DNA of 64,000 nt, taken from positions 38,717-102,716 of the forward strand of contig CACKDY010000002.1 of the NCBI GenBank assembly GCA_902599105.1. The letters run 5' to 3'. Both the position numbers and the translations under genes were made by a program. Under the pieces are notes generated by a model. It was not told where the DNA came from, made no database searches, and saw only the letters and a program-made list of their open reading frames with translations. The DNA comes from an uncultured Pelagibacteraceae bacterium (lineage in GTDB: Bacteria > Pseudomonadota > Alphaproteobacteria > Pelagibacterales > Pelagibacteraceae). The number at the start of each line of letters is the position of its first letter. Positions within the stretch are counted from its first letter, which is position 1. Below, in pieces: positions 44,359 through 57,960 of this stretch.

Positions 44359-45291
44359 ATGAAATTTATTCAATCAAATATCAAAAAAGCAAAAAAATAT
44401 TTAGATAATAATCATTGTGTTGCAGTACCAACAGAAACTGTTTATGGGCTGGCTGCAAACGCGTACTCAAATAGTGCTGTTAAGAAAATATTTAGTCTTA
44501 AGAAAAGACCTTTAAACAATCCGCTTATTGTACATTATTATGATATCGAAAGACTTATGGAGGACTGTGATATCAATGATAATTTAGTAAAACTTTACAA
44601 AAAATTTTCTCCAGGCCCAATAACTTATGTTTTGAAATTAAAAAATAACTCAAAAATATCAAAATTTGTGAACAATAAAAAAAAAAGTATTGCTGTTCGT
44701 TTTCCTAATCATAAATTGTTCAGAAATTTATTAAAAAATTTAGATTATCCATTAGCTGCGCCTAGTGCAAATATATCATCAAGATTAAGCTCAGTTAAAC
44801 CATCCGATGTAAAAGAAGAATTTGGTTCAAAAATTAAATATATTTTAAATGGAGGAAAAAGTAAAATTGGAGTTGAGTCCACAATATTAAATCTTTTAGA
44901 AAAACCATCACTTTTAAGATATGGGGGCCTAGATACTAAAAAAATTGAAAATGTTTTAAAAAAAAAATTATTAATTAACATAAATTCAAAAAAAAAATTA
45001 TCACCTGGTTTATTTCCACTGCACTACTCACCTGGGATACCTTTAAGAGTTAATGTTAAAAAACCAAAAAAAGATGAGGCTTATTTATTAATAAAAAAAA
45101 GAAAGTCAAAATTAAAAAATTATTATTATTTATCCAAAGTAAAAAATATAAAGGAGGCTGCAAAGAATTTATATTCAACTTTAAGAAAAATTAAAAACGA
45201 TGGTTTTAAAAAGATTGCAGTTGAAAAGATACCAAACAAAGGTCTTGGGAAAACAATTAACGATAGATTAAAGAGGGCCTCTAAATATTAA
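44359..45291 (+). CDS. sua5: Threonylcarbamoyl-AMP synthase (Sua5 type)
   Basis: PTETVYGL, KKRP..NPLIVH, AAPSAN, HYSP, INDRL.RAS. Confidence 0.94.
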   Translation: MKFIQSNIKKAKKYLDNNHCVAVPTETVYGLAANAYSNSAVKKIFSLKKRPLNNPLIVHYYDIERLMEDCDINDNLVKLYKKFSPGPITYVLKLKNNSKISKFVNNKKKSIAVRFPNHKLFRNLLKNLDYPLAAPSANISSRLSSVKPSDVKEEFGSKIKYILNGGKSKIGVESTILNLLEKPSLLRYGGLDTKKIENVLKKKLLININSKKKLSPGLFPLHYSPGIPLRVNVKKPKKDEAYLLIKKRKSKLKNYYYLSKVKNIKEAAKNLYSTLRKIKNDGFKKIAVEKIPNKGLGKTINDRLKRASKY

Positions 45292-46013
45292 TGACAAATT
45301 CTATTGAAGTAATCAATCTATCAAAAAAATATAACGATAAAGAAGCAGTAACTAATATAAATTTTAAAATTAATGAAAATGAAATAGTTGGTTTATTGGG
45401 ACCTAATGGGTGTGGAAAAACTACAACTATTGGAATGATTTTAGGATTGTTAAAACCAAGTAGTGGTGAGGTTTTAATCAACGGAGAGAATATTGAAAAA
45501 AATAAAATTTCACTTCTCCATAAAATGAATTTTATTTCGCCTTACATCGAATTACCCAAAAAACTTAGGGTTAAACAAAATTTAATTGTCTATGGAAAGT
45601 TATATAACATTCAAAATTTAAATGATCGAATAGATCACCTTGCGAATAAACTTAGGTTAACAGAACTTTTAAACAAAATTACTGGAGAACTATCTTCTGG
45701 ACAAAAAAATAGGGTAAGCCTTGCTAAAGCTTTAATAAATGACCCCACAGTACTTTTGTTAGATGAACCTACTGCTTCATTAGACCCTGAAACAGGAGAT
45801 TTTGTAAGATCTTTTTTGGAAGATTATAAGAAGGAAAAAAAAATATCAGTTTTACTTGCCTCACATAATATGGAAGAAGTAAAAAGATTATGCAGTTCGG
45901 TTCTAATGATGAAAGATGGTTTAATAGTAGATAGAGGTACTCCTGAAGAGTTAATTATAAAATATGGTAGAAAAAATTTAGAAGAAGTATTTTTAGAAAT
46001 TGTGAGAAAATAA
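45291..46013 (+). CDS. ABC-2 type exporter ATP-binding protein
   Basis: GPNGCGKTT, LSSGQ, LLLDEPT. Confidence 0.92.
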   Translation: MTNSIEVINLSKKYNDKEAVTNINFKINENEIVGLLGPNGCGKTTTIGMILGLLKPSSGEVLINGENIEKNKISLLHKMNFISPYIELPKKLRVKQNLIVYGKLYNIQNLNDRIDHLANKLRLTELLNKITGELSSGQKNRVSLAKALINDPTVLLLDEPTASLDPETGDFVRSFLEDYKKEKKISVLLASHNMEEVKRLCSSVLMMKDGLIVDRGTPEELIIKYGRKNLEEVFLEIVRK

Positions 46014-46015
46014 AA

Positions 46016-46807
46016 ATGAATTTAATCAGAATTTATGGTCTTTTTTTAAGACACTTTTATTTAATAACCAGATCTTTTCCAAGAATATTAGATTTAATTT
46101 ATTGGCCTTCAATTCAAATTACTCTTTGGGGATTTATTTCTAATTTTTTTGCAGCACACAGTACTTATTATAGTGGTGCAGTAGGAGTTATTCTTTCATG
46201 CGCAATTCTTTATGATTTTTTATTCAGAACTAGTATTGGTTTTAATATGTTATTTTTGGAGGAAATTTGGAGTAGAAATTTTACAAATCTATTTATCGCT
46301 CCTATGAAAATTAGTGAGATAATTATCTCTTTAGTTTTAACAGCTTTAATTAGAGCTTTAATTGGTTTAATACCAGCAATATTATTAACTTCTCCATTGT
46401 TTGGAATTTCATTGTTAAAACTTGGTCTTCCTTTGGCTTTTCTTTTCTTAAGTTTATATTTATTTGGAATTACTCTTGGTCTACTTGTGTCAGCAGGATT
46501 GCTAAGATTTGGTCCATCTTTTGAAAATATTGCATGGTCAACAATGTTTTTGTTAGCACCTTTTGGCTGTATATACTACCCAGTTGAAATATTACCAGAA
46601 ATATTCCAATCAATCGCTTTCGCATTGCCATTAGTATATATTTTTGAAGAGACTAGAAATATTTTAGTTAATGGAACAGTCAATTATGAAAATATAATAA
46701 ATGCAGTCTATCTTAATGGGTTTTATTTAATTTTATCAATATCCGTATTTTATTACTCTTTCGATAAAGCAAGAGAAAAAGGAACTTTGATAAACATGGG
46801 AGAATAA
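46016..46807 (+). CDS. ABC-2 type exporter permease
   Basis: About 6 TM segments, FLEEIWSRN, YYPV..LP. Confidence 0.88.
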   Translation: MNLIRIYGLFLRHFYLITRSFPRILDLIYWPSIQITLWGFISNFFAAHSTYYSGAVGVILSCAILYDFLFRTSIGFNMLFLEEIWSRNFTNLFIAPMKISEIIISLVLTALIRALIGLIPAILLTSPLFGISLLKLGLPLAFLFLSLYLFGITLGLLVSAGLLRFGPSFENIAWSTMFLLAPFGCIYYPVEILPEIFQSIAFALPLVYIFEETRNILVNGTVNYENIINAVYLNGFYLILSISVFYYSFDKAREKGTLINMGE

Positions 46808-46809
46808 AT

Positions 46810-46886
46810 TGGTGCGCCTGCTAGGAGTCGAACCCAGAACCTCCTGATCCGAAGTCAGGCGCTCTATCCAGTTGAGCTACAAGCGC
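46810..46886 (-). tRNA. tRNA-Arg, anticodon UCG
   Basis: GCGCTTGTAGCTCAACTGGATAGAGCGCCTGACT-TCG-GATCAGGAGGTTCTGGGTTCGACTCCTAGCAGGCGCACCA; full cloverleaf, encoded CCA. Confidence 0.96.
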
Positions 46887-46909
46887 ATATAGTATTAATA
46901 TTATATTTT

Positions 46910-47890
46910 ATGGAAAAAAACATTAATTTTATAGTAAAAGAGGATGAGAAAAATTTAAGGGTTGATGTTTTAATTAACAAAAGAGAGGAATTAATTAGTA
47001 GAACTAGGATTAAAAATTTAATTTTAAAAGAAAAGTTAACACTAAATAATGAAATAATTAAAAGCCCGTCAAAAAAAGTCTCAATTGGTGATACTATAAA
47101 TCTTAAGATTCCAGAGCCTGAAATAACATCCCTTAAACCTTATGAATTTAAATTAGAAATAATATACGAAGATGATGATCTATTAGTAATTAATAAACCT
47201 GCCGGAATAATCATGCATCCAGGAGCTGGAAATTATGATAAGACAATTGTTAATGCATTGATGCATTATGATAAGGATTCTTTATCAAATATAGGTGACG
47301 AGTTAAGACCTGGTATTGTTCATAGAATTGATAAAAACACATCTGGTTTAGTTGTAATTGCAAAAAACAATGAAACTCATGAAAATTTATCAAAACAATT
47401 TAGTGATCATACAATTATAAGAGAGTACCAACTTTTAATATGGGGAAAATTAAGACCCTCCTCAGGAAGAATTGAAACATTTATAACTCGTAGTTCAAAA
47501 AATAGACAACTAATGGAAGTTAGTAGTTCTAAAGGTAAGAAAGCTGTAACTAATTATAAAACTCTTGAAATTTTTGAAAATAAGAAAACACCAACCTTAA
47601 GTTTAGTAGAATGTAAATTAGAAACAGGAAGAACACATCAGATAAGAGTTCATATGAGTTATAAAGGTAATAGCCTAGTTGGAGATGATAAATATAAAAA
47701 AAAATATAAAAAGTTAAAAAATATTGATTTAGATATCCAAAATTCAATTACTAAATTAAATAGACAATTTCTGCATGCAAAAACTTTAGGATTTATACAT
47801 CCACGAACTAAGAAAGAGATGATTTTTTCCTCACTTTTGCCACAAGATCTAAATAATATTCTAAAAATGCTTAGAAACACTGAAGAATAA
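46910..47890 (+). CDS. rluD: 23S rRNA pseudouridine synthase (RluA/RluD family)
   Basis: S4 domain, VHRIDKNTSG, GRTHQIRVH; rluD-rpoH synteny. Confidence 0.9.
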   Translation: MEKNINFIVKEDEKNLRVDVLINKREELISRTRIKNLILKEKLTLNNEIIKSPSKKVSIGDTINLKIPEPEITSLKPYEFKLEIIYEDDDLLVINKPAGIIMHPGAGNYDKTIVNALMHYDKDSLSNIGDELRPGIVHRIDKNTSGLVVIAKNNETHENLSKQFSDHTIIREYQLLIWGKLRPSSGRIETFITRSSKNRQLMEVSSSKGKKAVTNYKTLEIFENKKTPTLSLVECKLETGRTHQIRVHMSYKGNSLVGDDKYKKKYKKLKNIDLDIQNSITKLNRQFLHAKTLGFIHPRTKKEMIFSSLLPQDLNNILKMLRNTEE

Positions 47891-47931
47891 ATTATTGAAA
47901 ATTAGGTATAATTAATTAAATAAACATTTCT

Positions 47932-50926
<2,995 letters not shown>

Positions 50927-50927
50927 T

Positions 50928-52259
50928 TTATTTAATTTTTTTCGTAATCATGTTCACACATTTATATAGAAGAGCTTTGTTTTCACTTTCTCCCATTACT
51001 CTTATTTTAGATTCTGTTCCAGATTTTCTTACTAAAATTCTTCCTTCACCTTTAATTAATTTATCTGCATTTTTTATAATTTTTTTTATCTCTGGTTTGT
51101 TAATAATATTTTTATCTTTTACTTCGATATTTTCTAAGAACTGAGGTGTTTTCTTAAATTGTTCAAAAAATTCACTTGCCCTTTTTCCTTTTCTTAAAGC
51201 AAAAAGAGCTTCCAAGGCTACTAACAACCCATCTCCTGTAGTTGCAAATTTACCTAAAATAATATGTCCTGATTGTTCACCACCTAAATTAAAATTATAC
51301 TTTTGCATTTTTTCTTTAACGTATCTATCTCCAACATTTGCTCTTAAAAATTTTATTCCTATTGATTTAAAATATTTTTCTAAACCATAATTTGACATTA
51401 ATGTTCCAACAACTCCTCCTTTTAACATTTTTTTATTTTTCCATCTTGTTGCTAAAGCGGCTATAATTTGATCTCCATCTATTATATTGCTTTTTTCATC
51501 ACACATAATAATTCTGTCAGCATCTCCATCTAAAGATATTCCGATATGAGCCTTATATTTTTTTACAGCAGACCTAATATTTCTTGGAAAAGTTGATCCA
51601 CATTTTTTATTAATATTTAAACCATTTGGTTTAATACCTATTGCTATCACTTTAGCTCCTAATGATTTCAATAATTCAGGACCTGCCTTATAACCAGCAC
51701 CGTTTGCACAGTCGATTACTATTCTTAGTCCTCTTAAATTGAACTCTTTTGTGAAATTTTTTTTTAATATTTTAATATAATTTTTGGTACCTGTTTCTAA
51801 TCTTTTAACTCTTCCTAATTTTTCAGAATGCGAAAGATTTTTTGAGATTTTTTTATCTATGAGACTCTCAATTTTTTTTTCTATTTTATCTGATAATTTC
51901 ATTCCATCAGGACCAAACAATTTTAAACCGTTGTCAAAGTGTGGATTATGAGAAGCGGTAATCATTATACCCATATTTGCCTTCATCTCTTTTGTTAACA
52001 TAGCCAACCCATTAGTTGGTAAAGGTCCTAGGGTATAAACATGCATACCAGCTGAAGCCAAACCTGAGACAAGAGCTGGTTCAAGTGTATATCCAGACAA
52101 TCTCGTATCTTTTGCAATTATTGCTGTTTGTTTTCTTTTTTTTTGAGATTTAAAGTATGTTCCGCTAGCAAGTCCAAATTTAAAGAACATATCTCCATTT
52201 ATATATTTGCTATTAACTGCTCCTCTTATTCCATCTGTTCCAAAATATTTTTTTGCCAT
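50928..52259 (-). CDS. glmM: Phosphoglucosamine mutase
   Basis: FGTDGIRG, TASHNP, DGDADR, GGEQSGH. Confidence 0.97.
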   Translation of the reverse strand: MAKKYFGTDGIRGAVNSKYINGDMFFKFGLASGTYFKSQKKRKQTAIIAKDTRLSGYTLEPALVSGLASAGMHVYTLGPLPTNGLAMLTKEMKANMGIMITASHNPHFDNGLKLFGPDGMKLSDKIEKKIESLIDKKISKNLSHSEKLGRVKRLETGTKNYIKILKKNFTKEFNLRGLRIVIDCANGAGYKAGPELLKSLGAKVIAIGIKPNGLNINKKCGSTFPRNIRSAVKKYKAHIGISLDGDADRIIMCDEKSNIIDGDQIIAALATRWKNKKMLKGGVVGTLMSNYGLEKYFKSIGIKFLRANVGDRYVKEKMQKYNFNLGGEQSGHIILGKFATTGDGLLVALEALFALRKGKRASEFFEQFKKTPQFLENIEVKDKNIINKPEIKKIIKNADKLIKGEGRILVRKSGTESKIRVMGESENKALLYKCVNMITKKIK

Positions 52260-53311
52260 TAATTTTTGATTATCTGATTAAAAACTTTAATACCTTGCAT
52301 AACTTCATTTACATCATGAATTCTTAAAATCTGAATTCCTTGCATCATTAAATAAATTGAAGAAGCCATAGTTCCACCGATCCTTGTTTTGCTATCATTT
52401 TTTTTTGATATATCTTTAATAAATCTTTTTCTTGAATTTCCTACTAGTATAGGAAAACCTAATGAATGAAAAATAGAAACACCTCTTATAAGATTCATAT
52501 TATGTTTCAAATTTTTTCCAAATCCAATTCCAGGATCTAAAATTATATTATTGTGTTTAATACCTTTAGACCTTATTAACTTAATCTTATCTTCAAAATA
52601 ATCATAGATATCTAATAATTCATTTTTATATATTGGATTCTTTTGCATATTTTCTGGTGTTCTAACTGAATGTTGGATTACAAATGGAATTTTATACTTT
52701 TTTAAAACATTTATTGTTTTAGGATCATGGCTTAATCCCGAAACATCATTGATAAGTTTAACACCCATTTTAATACCATTTTCCATAATTACAGATTTTC
52801 TTGTGTCTAACGATATTGGTATTTTTTTTACAATTAATTTTAATGTTTTATTAATTCTATACCATTCTCGATTTTCATTTACTTCTTTCGATCCTGGTCT
52901 TGTAGACTCTCCACCAACATCTACTAACGAAGCTCCAGTTTTATATAAATTGATAGCATGACTGACTCCTTTATTTTTTTTGTTGAATTTTCCTCCATCG
53001 GAAAAACTATCAGGAGTTAGATTTAAAACACCCAATATATTTGGAATTTTTTTAAAATTTAAATTTGAAAAATTTGATTTTTTTGACCTAATTTTTTTTA
53101 AATCAGAATTTATTTTTGTTTTTAGTTTTTTCGGTAAATTTCTAATTTTATTTATTGAGATTTTTCTAATTTTTTTTCTTGTTAATATCTCAACATGGTC
53201 AAAAGATATTTCTTTAATCTGATGTAAAGGAATAGATTGTTTTTTATTTACTAAAATTTTTGATTGTTCGCCAAAGTAGAAATTACACGCTCTTGTGTAA
53301 TATCTTGGCAT
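52259..53311 (-). CDS. folP: Dihydropteroate synthase with N-terminal extension
   Basis: NLTPDSFSDGG, GGESTRPG, DPGIGFGK, SRKRF, RIHDV. Confidence 0.96.
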   Translation of the reverse strand: MPRYYTRACNFYFGEQSKILVNKKQSIPLHQIKEISFDHVEILTRKKIRKISINKIRNLPKKLKTKINSDLKKIRSKKSNFSNLNFKKIPNILGVLNLTPDSFSDGGKFNKKNKGVSHAINLYKTGASLVDVGGESTRPGSKEVNENREWYRINKTLKLIVKKIPISLDTRKSVIMENGIKMGVKLINDVSGLSHDPKTINVLKKYKIPFVIQHSVRTPENMQKNPIYKNELLDIYDYFEDKIKLIRSKGIKHNNIILDPGIGFGKNLKHNMNLIRGVSIFHSLGFPILVGNSRKRFIKDISKKNDSKTRIGGTMASSIYLMMQGIQILRIHDVNEVMQGIKVFNQIIKN

Positions 53312-53317
53312 TATTTA

Positions 53318-55225
53318 TTAATGAACAATTTTTGGTTTCAAACCCATCGCGCCCAAAGCTGAATCTTGATCATCTGATGATTCTGGATTATCTAAAATTT
53401 TATCTTTAGGATATAAATCTTTATTAATTATATTCTCTATTTCTTCACCAGTTAAAGTCTCATAAGTTATTAGAGCTTTTGCAATTTTATGTAGATCATC
53501 TATTTTTTCTGTTAAAATTTCCTTAGCTTTATTATATCCCTCGTCTACAAGCTTTCTTATTTCTTTATCAATTTTTTGAGCAACTTCTTCTGATACCGAT
53601 TGAGTTTGAGTAACTGATCTTCCTAAAAACACTTCTTCTTGGTTTTCCCCATATTCAACTGGACCCATTTCTTCACTCATTCCATATTTTGTTACCATTG
53701 CTCTTGCTAACTGTGTAGCCTGGTTAATATCAGACCCATTTCCTCCACCTGCTCCTGTAGATATGTTATCTTTTCCAAAAATTAATTCTTCAGCCACTCT
53801 TCCTCCAAAACAAACAGCTAGTCTCGCCTTAAGATATTTGATTGAGTAACCGTGTTTATCTCTTTCAGGTAAATTCATTACCATCCCAAGGGCTCTGCCT
53901 CTTGGTATAATAGTAGCTTTATGAATAGGATCATAACTTGGCATATTAAACGACACTAGAGCATGTCCACCTTCATGGTATGCAGTTAGTTTTTTCTCAT
54001 CTTCTGTCATAACCATTGAACGTCTTTCAGCACCCATCATAACTTTATCTTTTGCTTCCTCAAATTCTAATAATGTGACTATCCTCTTATTTTTTCTCGC
54101 TGCTAACAAAGCTGCTTCATTAACTATATTTGCGAGATCAGCTCCTGAAAATCCTGGCGTACCTCTTGCAATTGTTCTTAAATTAACATCTGGCGCCATT
54201 TTTATTTTTTTTACATGAACTTTTAAAATTTTTTCTCTTCCAATAATATCTGGGTTTGAAACCACTACCTGTCTATCAAACCTTCCTGGTCTTAATAAAG
54301 CTGGATCAAGCACATCTGGTCTGTTTGTTGCAGCTATAATTATGACACCTTCATTTGTATCAAAACCATCCATTTCAACTAATAACTGGTTTAAAGTTTG
54401 TTCTCTCTCATCATTTCCACCCCCTAGACCTGCCCCTCTACTTCTTCCAACAGCATCTATCTCATCTATAAAAATAATACATGGAGAATTTTTTTTACCT
54501 TGTTCAAACATGTCTCTTACTCTAGATGCTCCTACTCCAACGAACATCTCAACAAAATCAGATCCCGAAATAGTAAAAAACGGAACACCTGCTTCACCCG
54601 CAATTGCCCTTGCTAATAAAGTTTTACCAGTTCCTGGAGGACCAACAAGTAAAGCTCCTCTTGGAATTTTACCACCCAACCTACTAAATTTTTTTGGATC
54701 TTTTAAAAATTCTACCATCTCTTCTACTTCTTCTTTAGCTTCCTCTACACCAGCAACATCATTAAAAGTAACCTTTCCTTTTAATTCATTCATCATTTTA
54801 GCTTTTGATTTTCCAAATCCCATCGCTCCACCTTTACCACCCTGCATTTGTCTCATGAAGAAAATCCATACTGCAATCAACAATAACATGGGAAACCATG
54901 ATAGGAGCACGCCAAACAATGAAGGCATTTTTTCATCTAAAGGTGCTGCTGAAATACTCACACCTTTCTCTGATAACTTTTCTATAAGATTTGGGTCATT
55001 AGGAGCGTAAGTTGAAAAAGAATTTCCATTCGAATAAGTACCTTTGATGTTATTTCCTTGAATCTCAACTTTTAGAACTTCGCCGTCCTCAACTGAATTT
55101 AAAAAATCTGAAAATATTATTTGATTTCCACCTCTAACATTAGACTGTGGATTTTTAAACATGTTATAAAGACCTATAGTTAAGAAAACTATTATTCCCC
55201 ACATTGCAAGATTTTTTAAATTCAT
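53318..55225 (-). CDS. ftsH: ATP-dependent zinc metalloprotease FtsH
   Basis: [19 protein letters not shown]. Confidence 0.98.
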   Translation of the reverse strand: MNLKNLAMWGIIVFLTIGLYNMFKNPQSNVRGGNQIIFSDFLNSVEDGEVLKVEIQGNNIKGTYSNGNSFSTYAPNDPNLIEKLSEKGVSISAAPLDEKMPSLFGVLLSWFPMLLLIAVWIFFMRQMQGGKGGAMGFGKSKAKMMNELKGKVTFNDVAGVEEAKEEVEEMVEFLKDPKKFSRLGGKIPRGALLVGPPGTGKTLLARAIAGEAGVPFFTISGSDFVEMFVGVGASRVRDMFEQGKKNSPCIIFIDEIDAVGRSRGAGLGGGNDEREQTLNQLLVEMDGFDTNEGVIIIAATNRPDVLDPALLRPGRFDRQVVVSNPDIIGREKILKVHVKKIKMAPDVNLRTIARGTPGFSGADLANIVNEAALLAARKNKRIVTLLEFEEAKDKVMMGAERRSMVMTEDEKKLTAYHEGGHALVSFNMPSYDPIHKATIIPRGRALGMVMNLPERDKHGYSIKYLKARLAVCFGGRVAEELIFGKDNISTGAGGGNGSDINQATQLARAMVTKYGMSEEMGPVEYGENQEEVFLGRSVTQTQSVSEEVAQKIDKEIRKLVDEGYNKAKEILTEKIDDLHKIAKALITYETLTGEEIENIINKDLYPKDKILDNPESSDDQDSALGAMGLKPKIVH

Positions 55226-55232
55226 AGGTTTA

Positions 55233-55260
55233 AAATAAGAATTATTATTAAATTAACAAG
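55233..55260 (-). promoter_or_regulatory. Putative RpoH-type promoter of ftsH
   Basis: CTTG-N17-CTTATTT, 7 nt before the ATG. Confidence 0.5.
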
Positions 55261-55288
55261 TGACAAAATAACAGTGATTTCATCAACT

Positions 55289-56317
55289 TTAACGCTCTTT
55301 TGATACTATAACTGTGTTATTTACCTTCTTTATTACACAGTTTCCTAAAGTGGTCATGAATGAGTTATCATTTTTAATTTGATAAGTTAAGTTATCTATT
55401 TTTTTTCCTCTTACTGGGTAGTATTTTTTACCAACTGCTTTTAATACTTCTGTTAGAGACCTAAAAACTACTTCTTCTGGTTGAAGAAAAAAATTTTTAT
55501 TCAAAATAACAAACTTATTCATATTTGAAATTGTTGAATTATCTTTTAAATTTTTTTCTACAAAGTATTTAATTGACTCGTTAGCAAATTTTAAATTCTT
55601 AATCGTCAGATTAAATTTATCATTATCCAATCCCTCTAGTTCCAATTTTTTTATAAAATTTCTAATTTTTACTCTTTTAAATTCATCATTTTTATTAGAG
55701 GGATCTTGAACATAATTTTTAAAAACTTTTTTGGTAATATGTTCTAAATTTTTTTTAGAAAATTTTAACAAAGGTCTTATCAAATTAATATTTTGTATCT
55801 TAGTTCTTTGATCAAATGACACCATGCCATTTAAGCCACTGCCTCTTAAAATTCTAATAAAAAAATTTTCTATTAAATCATCCTTATGATGACCTAATAA
55901 AATATTATTTATTTTAAATTTTTTTGCCTGGTTTATCATCAGTGCATATCTTTTATCTCTTGCAACAGATTGGATGTTGCTTTTTGGTTTTTTTCCAACC
56001 CAGGTTAAAATCTCAAGATTAGTAGACAATTTTTTTAAAAGAGATTTTACAAATTTTGCCTCTTTTGTTGAATTGTTTCTAAGTTTATGATCAACGTGAA
56101 AATATTTTACTTTTAGATGCTTTTTGATCGAATAAATTTTTGATAAAAAACATAAAGCTAGACTGTCTGGTCCACCAGAAACCGCAACTATAAAACCCTC
56201 ATTTAATTTAAGATTTTTTTCAAATTTTTTATAAATTTTAGAAGTTTGTTTATCTTTTAATTGATTTAATAAAAACTTATGAGTCTTGTTTGATACATTC
56301 AAATTTTTTGGACTCAT
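55289..56317 (-). CDS. tilS: tRNA(Ile)-lysidine synthase
   Basis: AVSGGPDS, VDHKLR, GHHKDD..E, RPLL, DPSN. Confidence 0.95.
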   Translation of the reverse strand: MSPKNLNVSNKTHKFLLNQLKDKQTSKIYKKFEKNLKLNEGFIVAVSGGPDSLALCFLSKIYSIKKHLKVKYFHVDHKLRNNSTKEAKFVKSLLKKLSTNLEILTWVGKKPKSNIQSVARDKRYALMINQAKKFKINNILLGHHKDDLIENFFIRILRGSGLNGMVSFDQRTKIQNINLIRPLLKFSKKNLEHITKKVFKNYVQDPSNKNDEFKRVKIRNFIKKLELEGLDNDKFNLTIKNLKFANESIKYFVEKNLKDNSTISNMNKFVILNKNFFLQPEEVVFRSLTEVLKAVGKKYYPVRGKKIDNLTYQIKNDNSFMTTLGNCVIKKVNNTVIVSKER

Positions 56318-57284
56318 ATTTTGCTTTTTGTATTACAGACTGATTTGCATTAGGATATTGTAATTCTACACCATTTATCATTTTACATCCTTGGTCTTTT
56401 TCACCAATTTGAACCATTGATACTCCAAGTTTTAACAGATTAATTGGAGCTTTTTTTCCTTTAGGATATTTTTGATAACCCTCTAAATAAGCAGAAGCTG
56501 CATCAGTATATAATTGTCTAATTCTGAATGTTTCTGCATACCAGTATTGTGCACTACCCGCTAACTCATGATCAGCGTTTGATAGAACAAATTCTCTAAA
56601 AGCTCTTTCCGCTGTACTATAGTCTCCAACTTTTAAAAAACTTGTTGCAAATTCATATTGCTCCACTGGATTTAAATCTTGAGGAAGTATTTTTTCTTCA
56701 GACTGAAAAGTTTCTGTTACAATTGAAGCTGTAGTATCTACAGATTGAATTTGTTGTGATGTTTCGTTTGTCTCTGTATCTTTATATGAAATTGTTCCTA
56801 AATCTTGGGGTTGTGAACTACCAGGTAAAATTTTTTGTTCGTCAGTCTTCGGTTTTGAACTTAATTGATTTTCCTCGCTACTTATATTTCCAGAGCTAAT
56901 GTTTGTCTCTATATCTTGAAATCTTATTTGGTTATCTGCTTGAATTTTTGAAACACGGGTAGATAATTTATCCAACTTAAAATTTATTTCTTCAAATTTA
57001 TTAGTTAGTTCTCTAAACTGATCCTCAACTTCTGACAATTTTAATAAGTGTCTAGTTAAAACATCTTCTGAGTTTTGGTCCAAGTTTGAAACCGAACTAT
57101 CATTAGTACTTGCTTTTACTTCTATAGATCCAGAATAAACTGCTCTTTCAAGAGTTTTAAGATCATTCTTTATTATTTCTAATGTTTCATAAATATTATG
57201 ACTATCTGCAAAAGAAATATTAATAAAAATCAAATTAAAGATTAAAAATAATTTTAAGATTGCTAATCTAAATATGATCATCAT
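56277..57284 (-). CDS. cpoB: Tol-Pal system protein CpoB/YbgF
   Basis: Signal peptide, coiled coil, C-terminal TPRs (AQYWYAE, YPKGKKAP..LLKLG); after pal. Confidence 0.9.
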   Translation of the reverse strand: MMIIFRLAILKLFLIFNLIFINISFADSHNIYETLEIIKNDLKTLERAVYSGSIEVKASTNDSSVSNLDQNSEDVLTRHLLKLSEVEDQFRELTNKFEEINFKLDKLSTRVSKIQADNQIRFQDIETNISSGNISSEENQLSSKPKTDEQKILPGSSQPQDLGTISYKDTETNETSQQIQSVDTTASIVTETFQSEEKILPQDLNPVEQYEFATSFLKVGDYSTAERAFREFVLSNADHELAGSAQYWYAETFRIRQLYTDAASAYLEGYQKYPKGKKAPINLLKLGVSMVQIGEKDQGCKMINGVELQYPNANQSVIQKAKYESKKFECIKQDS

Positions 57285-57315
57285 TTCAAAGTAAATATAT
57301 GATTACAAAGATGGC

Positions 57316-57355
57316 AAAAAAAAGACCCCAAAACCTTTAAAGGTTTTAGGATCTT
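57316..57355 (-). terminator. Intrinsic terminator after pal
   Basis: 15-bp stem AAGAUCCUAAAACCU / AGGUUUUGGGGUCUU with G.U pairs valid only on the minus strand, followed by a U-run. Confidence 0.8.
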
Positions 57356-57368
57356 AAATTTTAAATAA

Positions 57369-57863
57369 TTAATTTGCTTTAACAGTTACTGATCTTCTGT
57401 TTTTTGACCAAGCTAATGGGTTTGAACCAGAGTCAACTGGTCTCTCTTTACCATAACTTAAAACAGTAATTCTGTCTGAGGATATTCCATAAGTCATTAA
57501 ATAGTCTTTAGCCGCATTTGCTCTTCTCTCTCCAAGCGCTAAGTTGTATTCTCTGGTTCCTCTTTCATCCGCATGACCTTCAAGCACTACATTTATATTT
57601 GGATTCTTTCTTAACCAAGCTGCTTGTGATCTTAGAGTTTCTCTTGATGCAGTTGTTAATATTGACTCATTTGTCGCAAAGAATACTCTGTCCGGAACAC
57701 CATCAGCTAAATATTCAACTGTGTCTGTTCCTGTGTAAACATCACCCTGCATTTGGCCTTCAATTTTACCTATTGACGCTTCTTTTTTAGTTGCACATGC
57801 AGATAACACTAAGCAGGCTGTTAATACTAAAAGTGTGTTTTTTAAAATTTTGTTTAATCTCAT
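57369..57863 (-). CDS. pal: Peptidoglycan-associated lipoprotein
   Basis: Lipobox LSAC; EGHADERGTREYNLALGERRA; SD AAGGAG supports the start at 57863. Confidence 0.97.
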   Translation of the reverse strand: MRLNKILKNTLLVLTACLVLSACATKKEASIGKIEGQMQGDVYTGTDTVEYLADGVPDRVFFATNESILTTASRETLRSQAAWLRKNPNINVVLEGHADERGTREYNLALGERRANAAKDYLMTYGISSDRITVLSYGKERPVDSGSNPLAWSKNRRSVTVKAN

Positions 57864-57911
57864 TAAATTGCTCCTTGCTGCTAATTTCAATTTCTTAACT
57901 TTTTCACAACT

Positions 57912-57940
57912 AGATAGAGGTTTCAAGTCTAAAAATCAAG
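57912..57940 (-). promoter_or_regulatory. Internal promoter for pal
   Basis: CTTGAT-N17-CTATCT, resembling the alphaproteobacterial sigma70 consensus CTTGAC-N17-CTATAT. Confidence 0.45.
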
Positions 57941-57960
57941 AAATTTAAAAAATTAATCTC

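Noticed and set aside
46800-46910. tRNA as an integration site for a genomic island
   Set aside because: No integrase nearby and I saw no duplicated tRNA 3' end in the window
54342-55010. 222-aa plus-strand ORF
   Set aside because: Antisense shadow of the conserved FtsH AAA domain; no recognisable motif
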